Notes: generated by a model not told the origin, from the letters alone. A DNA stretch of 64,000 bases from an uncultured Roseburia sp. (GCA_944380515.1 CALWHT010000031.1:17332-81331); one strand, 5' to 3'; positions 30,086-39,154 are shown, counted from the first letter of the stretch. Numbers and translations: made by a program.

Positions 30086-30222
30086 ATAATCTCCATTCCG
30101 GAGCGTTTTACGCGACGGGGCGACGCAAATCTTCAATTTGCGTCTGCCATCAGGGCTTATTTGTGACGCTCCGGCACAAATAGCCGTGCGCAAAATAAGC
30201 TATCAAGCTTATTTTGCACACT
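30086..30222 (-). repeat. Structured intergenic repeat, copy A (between the M56 gene and blaI)
   Basis: Shares identical blocks of 35 nt (30087-30121), 41 nt (30124-30164) and 24 nt (30192-30215) with 42184-42356. Confidence 0.95.
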
Positions 30223-30268
30223 GTGACCTCCTGCTGTTTTTGTTCTCCATTTGAAATTCTTCCGGCCC

Positions 30269-31741
30269 TTACATCTGCTCCAATTTCTTTAACAGCTCCG
30301 CGACCTTTTCCGCGGACCCGCCATAGGCTTTGAGGTCGGATATCGAGAGATTCTCTTCGGCATCCCTGACGCTGATGTAATGGGTAATCAGCTCCCCGGA
30401 AACAGAATAGTCCCAGCGCACTTCACCGCAGTTATCGGTCAGTGCCAGAAACAGCACCGCCCGCCTCCACATGTCGTCATCCAGAAGCTTTGTCTGTTCT
30501 TCCCGATCTTTTGCGGACTGCCCGGACAGCTCAAAATGCAGAATATATGTATAGGGCTCAGCTGCCGTCAAAAGCTGTGTCGTAGCCGTACCGTAGACGG
30601 ACAAATCCCCGTAAATCTGCTCGATGGCTCCCATCAATCTCCCGTTTGCAGGAACGTCTCCGACATATGGATTTCTGCTCTCATACAAAAGCAGTGCCGC
30701 AGGGTTTTCCGTTTCGTTTTCCATACCGTCTCCCCCTCCGCTGTTTGCGGCATCTGTAAGACAGAACGCCGCCGCAAGAAGCACAAGCAGCAATGCGGAG
30801 AGCAAACGCCAAAACCCGGGTCTGCGATAATTTAAAATACGCCGGATCCTCCTTGAAACATCACCTTCCCCGAAGGACAGGGGCTGTAACGGATGCCATT
30901 TTTCTCCGGCAAAGGACAGTAAAAGCGCTGCGTATGCTTCTCTTTCCTCCCCGGTCTGGCCTGACAGAGCTTTTTCATCACAGCTCATCTCCATATCCCG
31001 CTCCATCAAAATATATGCCGTCCACACCAGCGGATGGAACCAATAAACGGAAAGCAGGGCGTATGCAAACAGCTTGACCAGATAATCCCTTCTTCGTATA
31101 TGCTGCCGCTCATGCCGCAAAATACACTCCCTCTGCCCTTCCGTAAGACCGCAGGGCAGATAGATGCGCGGCCGGACGATGCCAAACACAAAGGGCGAAC
31201 GAATCTCTCCGCTCTCATAAACAATGCCGTCCCATTTAGTTGCAAAGCGCAGCCTGCGCCTTAAAAACACATAAACGGCCGCTCCGTAAACGGGAAATAA
31301 CACCGCTCCCAAAAGCCAGAGATTGCGAAGCAGGCGGTACACAGCGCTGTCAGTTTGGGCAGCATCCGTATCGGCTCCCTCCCGGGATTGCTCCGCCACG
31401 GTACTCTGTGTCCCGTTAAGGGAAACTCCGCCTGTCTGCGCCCCCGCGGCAGATAGCTCCGCCCCTGATAAAACTCCTTCTTCCGCACTACCCGTATCCA
31501 CATAAAGCAGGCTGTCTGCCACATACCGCTCCGCCGTCGAAACGACTCCGAACAGCCCGTACTCCGATGGAAGCATTACCGGGATGGTCAGCCGCAGAGC
31601 GACAATTCCCCACAGCGCATAAGAAAAAATCCTGGCATTCCGCCTAAGCAGCAACCGGCAGAGCAGCACAACCGGAATAACAAACACCGCTCCCCAGGAC
31701 ATTTTTATCACCGTTTCAAAGATTAGATTGATAAAAGACAT
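30269..31741 (-). CDS. BlaR1/MecR1-like M56 peptidase with a non-penicillin-binding C-terminal domain (DUF4825-like)
   Basis: TM helices, SPFVFG..RPRIYLP, HERQH (HExxH), YWFHPLVW and EMSCDE motifs; C-terminal YESRNPYVGD segment. Confidence 0.88.
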   Translation of the reverse strand: MSFINLIFETVIKMSWGAVFVIPVVLLCRLLLRRNARIFSYALWGIVALRLTIPVMLPSEYGLFGVVSTAERYVADSLLYVDTGSAEEGVLSGAELSAAGAQTGGVSLNGTQSTVAEQSREGADTDAAQTDSAVYRLLRNLWLLGAVLFPVYGAAVYVFLRRRLRFATKWDGIVYESGEIRSPFVFGIVRPRIYLPCGLTEGQRECILRHERQHIRRRDYLVKLFAYALLSVYWFHPLVWTAYILMERDMEMSCDEKALSGQTGEEREAYAALLLSFAGEKWHPLQPLSFGEGDVSRRIRRILNYRRPGFWRLLSALLLVLLAAAFCLTDAANSGGGDGMENETENPAALLLYESRNPYVGDVPANGRLMGAIEQIYGDLSVYGTATTQLLTAAEPYTYILHFELSGQSAKDREEQTKLLDDDMWRRAVLFLALTDNCGEVRWDYSVSGELITHYISVRDAEENLSISDLKAYGGSAEKVAELLKKLEQM

Positions 31742-31781
31742 GTTTTTCCTCCCCTTGCCCGCACATTTTTGTACACAGAAA

Positions 31782-31846
31782 AAGTGGTCGATAATTATAG
31801 ACCTCACTCCTCTATAAGTCTATAACTATCGACCACTTATGTCAAG
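31782..31846 (-). promoter_or_regulatory. Promoter of the M56-blaI operon overlapped by a long inverted repeat
   Basis: TTGACA-N17-TAGACT on the minus strand; AAGTGGTCGATA-TTATAGAC / GTCTATAA-TATCGACCACTT inverted repeat (candidate BlaI operators and/or pepF terminator). Confidence 0.6.
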
Positions 31847-31872
31847 CATGAATTTTTATCCCGTGCTGCTCT

Positions 31873-33672
31873 TTATGAAACGAGCTGCTCCATCTCGTCA
31901 AGCACCCCGCCGAACACATCAAGGGCCTCCTGAATCGGAGCCGGCGTTTCAAGATTCACGCCCGCAATTTTAAGCAGCTCTACCGGCGCCTTGGAACAGC
32001 CGCCCGATAAAAACTTCTTATACCGTTCCACGGCCGGAGCGCCCTCTTTTAAGATTGCATGGGCGATGGCCACCGCCGAAGAAAATCCGGTCGCATACTG
32101 ATATACATAGAAATTGTAGTAAAAATGCGGAATCCTTGCCCACTCATAGGCAATCTCGGGATCCGACACCATATCCGGGCCGTAATATTTGCTGTTCAAA
32201 TCGTAGTAGACCTTGCACAGTGTTTCCGCCGTCAGGCTTTCGCCCTCCTCCGCCATTTTGTTGGTCTGCATCTCATATTCCGCAAACATGGTCTGACGGT
32301 ATACGGTTCCCTTAAAGCTGTCGAGGTAATGATTCAGCAGATAAGCGCGCTCCTTTTTATCCTCCGTATTTTTCAGCAGATATTCCATCAAAAGCACTTC
32401 ATTGCAGGTGGATGCCACCTCAGCCACAAATATCTTATACTGGGAATAGATATAGGGCTGCGCCGCATTGGAATAATAGGAATGCATGGCATGTCCCATC
32501 TCATGGGCCAGCGTAAACATATTGTCCAGCGTATCATTATGGTTTAAAAGCACGTAAGGGTGTGTGCCGAAGGCCCCCGCCGAATAAGCGCCGCTGCGTT
32601 TTCCCTCATTCTCATAAACGTCAATCCAGCGGTTTTCAAAGCCCTCCTTCACCTTCGCCACATAATCCTCACCAAGAGGAGCCAGCGCCTTTAACACGGT
32701 CTCCTTCGCTTCCTCAAAGGAAATCTTTTTTGCCGCGTCCGGAATCATCGGCGTATAGACATCATACATATGAAGCTCGTCAACGCCGAGGCATTTTTTG
32801 CGCAGGCGCACATAACGGTGCATTTTATCCATGTTTCGGTTGACCGTCTCAATCAGATTGTGATAAACCGAGGGCGATACGTTGTTGGCGTCCACGGCCG
32901 CCTCCAGCGTGGACGCATAGTGCCTCGCGCCCGCATAAAACATCTGCTGCTTCACCTGTCCGCTGTACAGGGCTGCCAGCGTATTCGCATATTGCTGATA
33001 TACCTTATAATAATTTTCAAAAGCATCCTTTCTGACACGGCGGTCCGAAGACTCCAGGGTCGGGACAAAATTGCCGTGTGACAGGCGCATGTGCTCTCCC
33101 TGCTCATCCGTAATCTCCGGGAAAACAAAGTCCGCATTATTGATAATCGAATACACCTGCCCGGCGGTTTCCGCCATATCCCCGGTCATTGCCACAAGCT
33201 TTTCCTGCTCCGCGGAAAGGATATGCGGCCTGGTGCGCTCGATTTCCTCCAACTGCTTCCGGTAAAGCTCCAGCGCCGGAAGCTCCTTCAAATATCCCTC
33301 CAGCACCTGGCTGTCTACAGCAAGAATTTCCGGAACAATAAACGCTGTTTTGCTGGAAAGCTCCGTCGCCAGGGCATACATTTTCTGGGACATTGCCTGA
33401 TGCGCCGTATTTTTCTGGTCTTCGTCAAACAGCCTCTCCGCATAATTAAAGGCGAAATCAAGCTTCTGCTCCGCCGCCGCCGCGCGCTCAAGGACAAAAA
33501 GCAGATTTTCGGCAGAAGCGGCAGCCTTTCCCTCCATGGAAGCGATTTCCTCCATCAGCCCCGCAAGCGCCTTCAAATCCTCCTTCCACGCATCCACAGA
33601 CGGATACATGTCCTTTAGGTTCCATGTATATTCTTCTTTTACTTCACTTCTTTTTAATAATTCCTTTGCCAT
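31873..33672 (-). CDS. pepF: Oligoendopeptidase F (M3B)
   Basis: EEYTWNLKDMY, GKRSGAYS, TLAHEMGHAMHS (HExxH), VAEVAS and RIPHFYYNFYVYQYATG motifs. Confidence 0.96.
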   Translation of the reverse strand: MAKELLKRSEVKEEYTWNLKDMYPSVDAWKEDLKALAGLMEEIASMEGKAAASAENLLFVLERAAAAEQKLDFAFNYAERLFDEDQKNTAHQAMSQKMYALATELSSKTAFIVPEILAVDSQVLEGYLKELPALELYRKQLEEIERTRPHILSAEQEKLVAMTGDMAETAGQVYSIINNADFVFPEITDEQGEHMRLSHGNFVPTLESSDRRVRKDAFENYYKVYQQYANTLAALYSGQVKQQMFYAGARHYASTLEAAVDANNVSPSVYHNLIETVNRNMDKMHRYVRLRKKCLGVDELHMYDVYTPMIPDAAKKISFEEAKETVLKALAPLGEDYVAKVKEGFENRWIDVYENEGKRSGAYSAGAFGTHPYVLLNHNDTLDNMFTLAHEMGHAMHSYYSNAAQPYIYSQYKIFVAEVASTCNEVLLMEYLLKNTEDKKERAYLLNHYLDSFKGTVYRQTMFAEYEMQTNKMAEEGESLTAETLCKVYYDLNSKYYGPDMVSDPEIAYEWARIPHFYYNFYVYQYATGFSSAVAIAHAILKEGAPAVERYKKFLSGGCSKAPVELLKIAGVNLETPAPIQEALDVFGGVLDEMEQLVS

Positions 33673-33757
33673 AAAAAACCTCCAGTTCTGTTTTGTACAT
33701 CCATCCTCTAATTTACGCTCCGGCACCCAAATTGTAAAGAAAAAACTGCGAAAAAAA

Positions 33758-35080
33758 TCATCTTTTCCGCTTAAACCAGAAATAATAGGGTACCTCCGCG
33801 GCCAGCATAAAAATCCATCCGATCAGGCTCGCGTAAGCGACGCCGTCAATTCCCATCCGGGGAACCAGCGCATAGACAAAAATAACACGGAATGAAATCT
33901 GTATCAGGGTCGAAATCAATGTGATCGACATATTTCCCATTCCCCGGAAAAAGCCCTGAATTCCGTTCGTAAAAGCGGGAAGCAGGTAAAAAAACGCCAT
34001 CAGGGACAGATAAGAAACGCCCATCGGTACCATCGCCGCATTCTCTCCGGCCGCAAAAAGCTCCATCACTGCCTGCCGTCCGAACAGCACCGCTGTACAG
34101 ATGAGCAGCCAATAGCCCGCCTCCAGCAAAAGTCCGATCCGAAATCCGTTTCTTACACGCTCCCGCTTTCCCGCGCCCCGGTTCTGCGCCACAAACGTCA
34201 TAATGGCGCTCGCGATGCTCTGCTCCGGCGTAAACGCAAAGTCGTCCACGCGGCTGACTGCATTAAACGCCGCGATGGCGCTGACCCCCAGCGTATTGAT
34301 TTTTCCCTGAATCAAAAGCTTGCCGATGGGCTGGCAGCACTGCTGCAATGCGGTAATGCTGCCCTGCTGTATGGTCAGCTTCAAAAGCTCCCCGTCGACT
34401 TCCATATCCTCCCTGCTAAGCCGCAGCGAGGGGACGCGCCTTCTGATATAGCAGACGCATAAAAAGACTGACACCGCCTCCGCAATCACGGTCGCCAGTC
34501 CCGCTCCCGCGGCGCCCCAGTGAAATCCGGCAACAAACAGCAAATCCAGTCCGGCATTCAAAACCGAAGCCGCCGCCAGAAAATAAACCGGCGTTTTCGC
34601 ATCCCCCACGCTGCGAAGCGCCGCCGCCACGGCATTATAAAAAAAGGTAAACGGCATACCGAAAAAAATAATGCGCAGATATACCTTTGCAGTCCCGAGA
34701 ATTTCATCGGGCACCTGAAGCCATATCAGAAGCTGTTCCGAACAAAGCAGCCCCGCTGCCAGCATCAATACCGAAAAAACACAGCCCAAAAGCAGCACGG
34801 TTGACAGCTCCCTTTTTAATTTTCCATATTCGCCGGCACCGAAAAACTGGCTCATCAGCACCGAGGCTCCGATACAGATACCGGAAACGCCCAGTATGAC
34901 AATATTCATAACCGGATTTGCGCAGCCGACCGCTGCCAGCGCGTCCTCCCCCGCAAAGCGTCCGACAATAACGGAATCCACCGCGTTGTAAAGCAGCTGG
35001 AACAGGTTTCCGAGTATCAACGGAATCGAAAACAATATCAAATGTCCGGCAATACCGCCCTCTGTCATCTTTCTTGTCAT
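33758..35080 (-). CDS. MATE family efflux transporter
   Basis: IPLILGNLFQLLYNAVDSVIVGRF and LRSVGDAKTP motifs; two-repeat 12-TM layout. Confidence 0.93.
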   Translation of the reverse strand: MTRKMTEGGIAGHLILFSIPLILGNLFQLLYNAVDSVIVGRFAGEDALAAVGCANPVMNIVILGVSGICIGASVLMSQFFGAGEYGKLKRELSTVLLLGCVFSVLMLAAGLLCSEQLLIWLQVPDEILGTAKVYLRIIFFGMPFTFFYNAVAAALRSVGDAKTPVYFLAAASVLNAGLDLLFVAGFHWGAAGAGLATVIAEAVSVFLCVCYIRRRVPSLRLSREDMEVDGELLKLTIQQGSITALQQCCQPIGKLLIQGKINTLGVSAIAAFNAVSRVDDFAFTPEQSIASAIMTFVAQNRGAGKRERVRNGFRIGLLLEAGYWLLICTAVLFGRQAVMELFAAGENAAMVPMGVSYLSLMAFFYLLPAFTNGIQGFFRGMGNMSITLISTLIQISFRVIFVYALVPRMGIDGVAYASLIGWIFMLAAEVPYYFWFKRKR

Positions 35081-35107
35081 AACATCTCCATCTAAGACAG
35101 GTTGTCA

Positions 35108-35136
35108 TTGTCTTTCCTGAAAAAATCGTCTATAAT
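35108..35136 (+). promoter_or_regulatory. Sigma-A promoter of rqcH
   Basis: TTGTCT-N17-TATAAT. Confidence 0.65.
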
Positions 35137-35190
35137 AAATTTTTGCAGCTTAATATATCGTTTTACAACTTTTATATAAGGAGAAACACC

Positions 35191-36939
35191 ATGGCATTTG
35201 ACGGATTAGTCATATCAAATCTCGTATACGAGCTGAACAATACCATTTTAAATACCAAGATCAGCAAAATCGCCCAGCCGGAAAGCGACGAGCTGTTATT
35301 CACCTTAAAGGGACCGCAGGGTCAGTACCGCCTTGCCATGTCCGCAAGCGCGTCACTGCCCTTTTTATATCTGACGGACAGCAACAAGCAAAGTCCCCTG
35401 ACCGCCCCGAATTTTTGCATGCTGCTGCGCAAGCATATCGCAAACGGGCGCATTACTCGCATTTTCCAGCCGCATATGGAGCGCATTATCCATTTTGAAA
35501 TCGAACATCTCGACGAGCTTGGAGATTTGCGCACCAAAACACTGATTGTCGAGTTGATGGGCAAGCACAGCAATATTATTTTCTGTAATTCCGACGGCGT
35601 AATTATCGACAGCATTAAGCATGTTTCCTCCATGATGAGCTCCGTGCGTGAGGTTCTTCCCGGCCGCCCGTACTGTATTCCTGCCACGCAGGAGGATAAA
35701 CAGAATCCTCTTACGGCAACGGAGGACACATTTTTAAATATTGTCATGAAAAAGCCTGTTGCCCTCACAAAGGCAATCTACGGCTCTTTCACCGGAATCA
35801 GCCCGGTCATCGCAAACGAAATCTGTTTCCGTGCTTCCGTAGACGGCGATATGCCGACGGACGCGCTGGACGAAAACGGGAAAAAGCATCTGTTCCACAA
35901 CTTCCAGTGGATGATGGATGACGTCAGAAACCATAACTACACACCGAATATCATCACCCGCGGGAAGGAACCCGTTGATTTTTCCTGCTTCCGGCTTTCC
36001 GAATACGACTCAGACGCTTATTCCGTGCAGGAATACGATTCCATTTCAAAGGTGCTCGAGGAATATTATGCCTCCCGAAATGTCTATACGCGTATCCGCC
36101 AGAAATCTGTGGATCTGCGCAAAATCGTAAACACGGCGCTTGAGCGCAACCGGAAAAAATACCAGCTTCAGGCAAAGCAGCTTAAGGACACTGAAAAGCG
36201 GGACAAGTATAAAATTTACGGCGAGCTGCTCCACACCTACGGCTACGGGCTCGCGGAGGGCAGCCGCCAGCTTGAGGCGCTCAATTACTACACCAATGAA
36301 ATGGTCACCATTCCGCTTGATCCGACACTGGATGCAAAGGAAAACGCACAAAAGTATTTTGACAAATACGGCAAGCTCAAGCGCACCTATGAGGCTCTCA
36401 CGGATTTAATCCAGGAAACAAAAGCGGAAATCGATCACCTGGAAAGCATCGCGGCGGCCCTCGATATTGCCCAGACCGAGGATGACCTCGTTCAGATTAA
36501 GGAAGAGCTTATGGAATACGGCTATATCCGTCGGAAGCGTACCGACAAAAAAGCCAAAATCAAAAGCAAACCTTTTCATTACATTTCCTCGGACGGCTAT
36601 CATATGTACGTGGGAAAAAATAATTACCAGAACGAGGAACTGACCTTTAAATTCGCGACGGGGAATGACTGGTGGTTTCACGCAAAGGGAATCCCGGGCT
36701 CCCATGTCATCGTGAAGACGAACAACGAGGAAGAACTCCCTGACCGCATGTTTGAGGAAGCGGGAAGGCTTGCCGGCTACTATTCCAGCGGAAGAGACAG
36801 CGATAAGCTGGAAATCGATTATCTCCAGAAAAAGAATGTAAAAAAGCCCGGCGGCAGCGCGCCCGGCTTCGTCATCTACTACACCAATTATTCGCTGACC
36901 ATCCAGCCCGACATCTCCGGGCTGACGTTGGTAGAATAA
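35191..36939 (+). CDS. rqcH: RqcH/FbpA (NFACT) ribosome quality control protein
   Basis: MAFDG, KIAQP, FCMLLRKHI, ELMGKHSNII, ENAQKYF, YVGKNNYQN and WWFHAKGIPGSHV motifs. Confidence 0.95.
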   Translation: MAFDGLVISNLVYELNNTILNTKISKIAQPESDELLFTLKGPQGQYRLAMSASASLPFLYLTDSNKQSPLTAPNFCMLLRKHIANGRITRIFQPHMERIIHFEIEHLDELGDLRTKTLIVELMGKHSNIIFCNSDGVIIDSIKHVSSMMSSVREVLPGRPYCIPATQEDKQNPLTATEDTFLNIVMKKPVALTKAIYGSFTGISPVIANEICFRASVDGDMPTDALDENGKKHLFHNFQWMMDDVRNHNYTPNIITRGKEPVDFSCFRLSEYDSDAYSVQEYDSISKVLEEYYASRNVYTRIRQKSVDLRKIVNTALERNRKKYQLQAKQLKDTEKRDKYKIYGELLHTYGYGLAEGSRQLEALNYYTNEMVTIPLDPTLDAKENAQKYFDKYGKLKRTYEALTDLIQETKAEIDHLESIAAALDIAQTEDDLVQIKEELMEYGYIRRKRTDKKAKIKSKPFHYISSDGYHMYVGKNNYQNEELTFKFATGNDWWFHAKGIPGSHVIVKTNNEEELPDRMFEEAGRLAGYYSSGRDSDKLEIDYLQKKNVKKPGGSAPGFVIYYTNYSLTIQPDISGLTLVE

Positions 36940-37053
36940 AGGGCGCTGTCCGGCGACAGCGCCCTTAAGAGAATGCTCCGCATTCTCCCCGGCGCATTTC
37001 ACCTGGTTCGCGCACTTTCTCCTCTGCTATAAAGAGCGCCGTCCGGCGCTCTT
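36938..37053. terminator. Cluster of three hairpins between convergent genes (bidirectional terminator)
   Basis: GGGCGCTGTC/GACAGCGCCC, GAGAATGC/GCATTCTC and AAAGAGCGCC/GGCGCTCTTT stems. Confidence 0.7.
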
Positions 37054-37598
37054 TATACCCCTCCGTCATGCTCTTTTACATACTGCATAAATTCTTGCGT
37101 TTTCGCCCAGTAACGGCTGCCCCAGTTTTCAAAATTCCATTCCTTATGGTACTCGTTGCACTCATAATCCACATAATACAGCAGCTCTTCCCGCACCACA
37201 AAATTGGTCGGGAAATAATCGATATTGAGTCCCTCTGCGTAGAGCTTGCGGCACATCTTATGGATTTGCTCCGTGTAGGACGGGTTCATCTGCTCCCGCA
37301 GCACCAACTCATAGATGGTCGGGCCTTCGATATACTCCTTTAAAATCCGCTCTTTCTCCTCGTCTGTATCGAGCAGCTTTGGCATGCGGATTCCGGCCGC
37401 AAGCAGGCGCATATAATCCTTTTTCTCCGACGCCAGCTTATCTCCGAACTGGTAATAATCACACGGCTCATGATGAATCTGCTTTAAAACGTACACACCG
37501 GCGGCATCCTCCGCCAGATAGGAATAACCGCCCTTCCCCTTTCCGAGCAGCTTTAAAATCCGATAAGGTTTTCCATTTACCTCCAGTATCTCTTCCAT
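37053..37598 (-). CDS. Small protein-kinase-like fold protein
   Basis: Gly loop LGKGKGGYSY, VLK lysine, KEYIEGPT, NIDYFPTNF catalytic loop and YVDYE (DFG-like). Confidence 0.75.
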   Translation of the reverse strand: MEEILEVNGKPYRILKLLGKGKGGYSYLAEDAAGVYVLKQIHHEPCDYYQFGDKLASEKKDYMRLLAAGIRMPKLLDTDEEKERILKEYIEGPTIYELVLREQMNPSYTEQIHKMCRKLYAEGLNIDYFPTNFVVREELLYYVDYECNEYHKEWNFENWGSRYWAKTQEFMQYVKEHDGGV

Positions 37599-37717
37599 AC
37601 GGTTTTCTCCTTTCCCAGTAGCTTTTCTCCATCATAAAGCCTGTGCCCCGGAAAGTCTTGCACAATTACCGTAAGTACCGATACAATCCTACCCTGCCGA
37701 AAACAAACGCTTCAAAT

Positions 37718-38854
37718 CTATTCGAAAACACTTCCGAGACGACGCATCTCGGTATACGCCAGCAGAAACGGGCCGACGCCCTTTGCGTCATCCTTCACCA
37801 CCGGCTCGGACATATAATAGTCAAAGGTTCCTGAACGTCTGCCTGCGCCGCCGAGCCCTGCCACAAGACAAATACCGTCCAGATGCAGTTCCCCGTTTTC
37901 ATCCTCGGAGAGATATTTTTTGCAGATACCGCGGAAGGCCTTTTCCCCGTAAGCCCTGTAGTTCTCCGGCAAAAAGCCGAGACGCACGCCCTTTAACAGG
38001 GCATATGCCATAATCGAGCTTCCGCTCGTCTCCAGATAATTGCCGTCCATGCCGCCCACATTGACTACCTGATACCACATGCCGCTCTCGTCCTGATACC
38101 GGAGCATGGAATCCATCAAATCCACAAAAATCCGCTTCATATGCTCATAGGGCTCACGTTCGGACGCGTCCATTTTATCGAGCGTGTCAAGCAGCGCCAT
38201 CGAGAACCAGCCAAGCGCCCGGAGCCAGAAGTTCTGGCTTAATCCAGTCACCTTATCGCACCAGAACATTTCACGGGAGGAATCCCACGCATGGTAATAA
38301 AGCCCTGTTTTCGGATCCCTCATATACTTCTCCACATTGAAAAACTGGGAAAATATATCGTCATAATTTTTCTTATCGTTAAACCGCGTCTCATATTCCA
38401 TATAAAACGGCTGGCACATATAAAGTCCGTCAAGCCAAACCTGGTTCGGATAAATATTTTTATGCCAGAAATTCCCCTCTTTCGTGCGCGGCATTTTCTG
38501 AATCTGGCTGTATACCAAATCAATCGCTTTCCGGTATTTTTCCTTTCCGGTCAAATCGTAAAGCTCAAACAGCGTCTTTCCGGCATTTACATTGTCAATA
38601 TTTAATTCCTCCACCGAATACCCCTCAATGGAACCGTCCTCCTTTACCTTGCAGTCGATAAAATTGTCCGCAAACTGAAAGTATTTTTCATCCTTTGTCA
38701 TGGAATACATTTCCAGAATTGCCTTAATCATACAGCCGTCAATGTAATTCCAGGTGGATTTTAAGCCCTGAAGAATTTTTTCGATATTCCAGATTGGCTT
38801 GTCCGGCGTACTTTTCTCCAAAAGCTCATCAATGTACTTTTCAATTTTATCCAT
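37718..38854 (-). CDS. GH105 unsaturated (rhamno)galacturonyl hydrolase (YteR/YesR-like)
   Basis: WNYIDG, NIDNVNAG, FWHK..YPNQVWLDGLYM, YYHAWD, FWLRALGW and ETSGS motifs all intact. Confidence 0.93.
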   Translation of the reverse strand: MDKIEKYIDELLEKSTPDKPIWNIEKILQGLKSTWNYIDGCMIKAILEMYSMTKDEKYFQFADNFIDCKVKEDGSIEGYSVEELNIDNVNAGKTLFELYDLTGKEKYRKAIDLVYSQIQKMPRTKEGNFWHKNIYPNQVWLDGLYMCQPFYMEYETRFNDKKNYDDIFSQFFNVEKYMRDPKTGLYYHAWDSSREMFWCDKVTGLSQNFWLRALGWFSMALLDTLDKMDASEREPYEHMKRIFVDLMDSMLRYQDESGMWYQVVNVGGMDGNYLETSGSSIMAYALLKGVRLGFLPENYRAYGEKAFRGICKKYLSEDENGELHLDGICLVAGLGGAGRRSGTFDYYMSEPVVKDDAKGVGPFLLAYTEMRRLGSVFE

Positions 38855-38922
38855 GTTCCCCTCTCCTTTTCCCCGGTCGGCCGTCTCACCTCCGACACGG
38901 TTGCAGTTTTTATGATAGCTTT

Positions 38923-38951
38923 ATCATATCGAAAAAAAGCGGGTTTGTAAA
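38923..38951 (-). promoter_or_regulatory. Sigma-A promoter of the GH105 gene
   Basis: TTTACA-N17-TATGAT on the minus strand. Confidence 0.65.
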
Positions 38952-38958
38952 CATAATT

Positions 38959-38974
38959 TTGTAAGCGCTTACAA
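38959..38974. promoter_or_regulatory. LacI-family/cre-type operator 1
   Basis: Perfect 16-bp palindrome TTGTAAGCGCTTACAA just upstream of the GH105 -35. Confidence 0.8.
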
Positions 38975-39154
38975 TTTTGGATTTTTTTGAAATTTTGACA
39001 AAAACTGCATGTTTATCGTTTTCAAATCCTCATATACTATCACTGAACAAAACGCAGCGCGATAAAAAAGGGCCGCGGTATTTCGCAGGAAAAACCGTAA
39101 TACCTGAAATCGCCGCGGCGGATGTTCAAAGGAAATCTGATACAGGCAGATAAA

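Noticed and set aside
30098-30174. Hammerhead-ribozyme-like words in the repeat (GUC/GUU, CUGAUGG, AAAAC with a stem III-like helix)
   Set aside because: The core deviates at A9 and G12, and the 11 nt between GUH and CUGA cannot form stem I; the real P1 partner lies upstream, so the topology is wrong for a hammerhead.
30086-30193. N-terminal extensions of the BlaI and RecG ORFs (..GASQISPDGRRKLKIC..) as a shared protein domain
   Set aside because: Artefact of ORFs reading through the DNA repeat; SD-led starts are at 30085 and 42183.
33715-33726. 12-nt match (GTGCCGGAGCGT) to the repeat loop upstream of pepF
   Set aside because: No flanking similarity; it sits in the spacer of a plausible TTTACA-N17-TAAATT promoter, and a 12-mer match to some part of a 150-nt element is expected by chance.
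38911-38928. TATGATA-GCTT-TATCATA palindrome resembling the site at 25103
   Set aside because: Different spacer length, overlaps the -10 hexamer, and AT-rich; insufficient to claim shared regulation.
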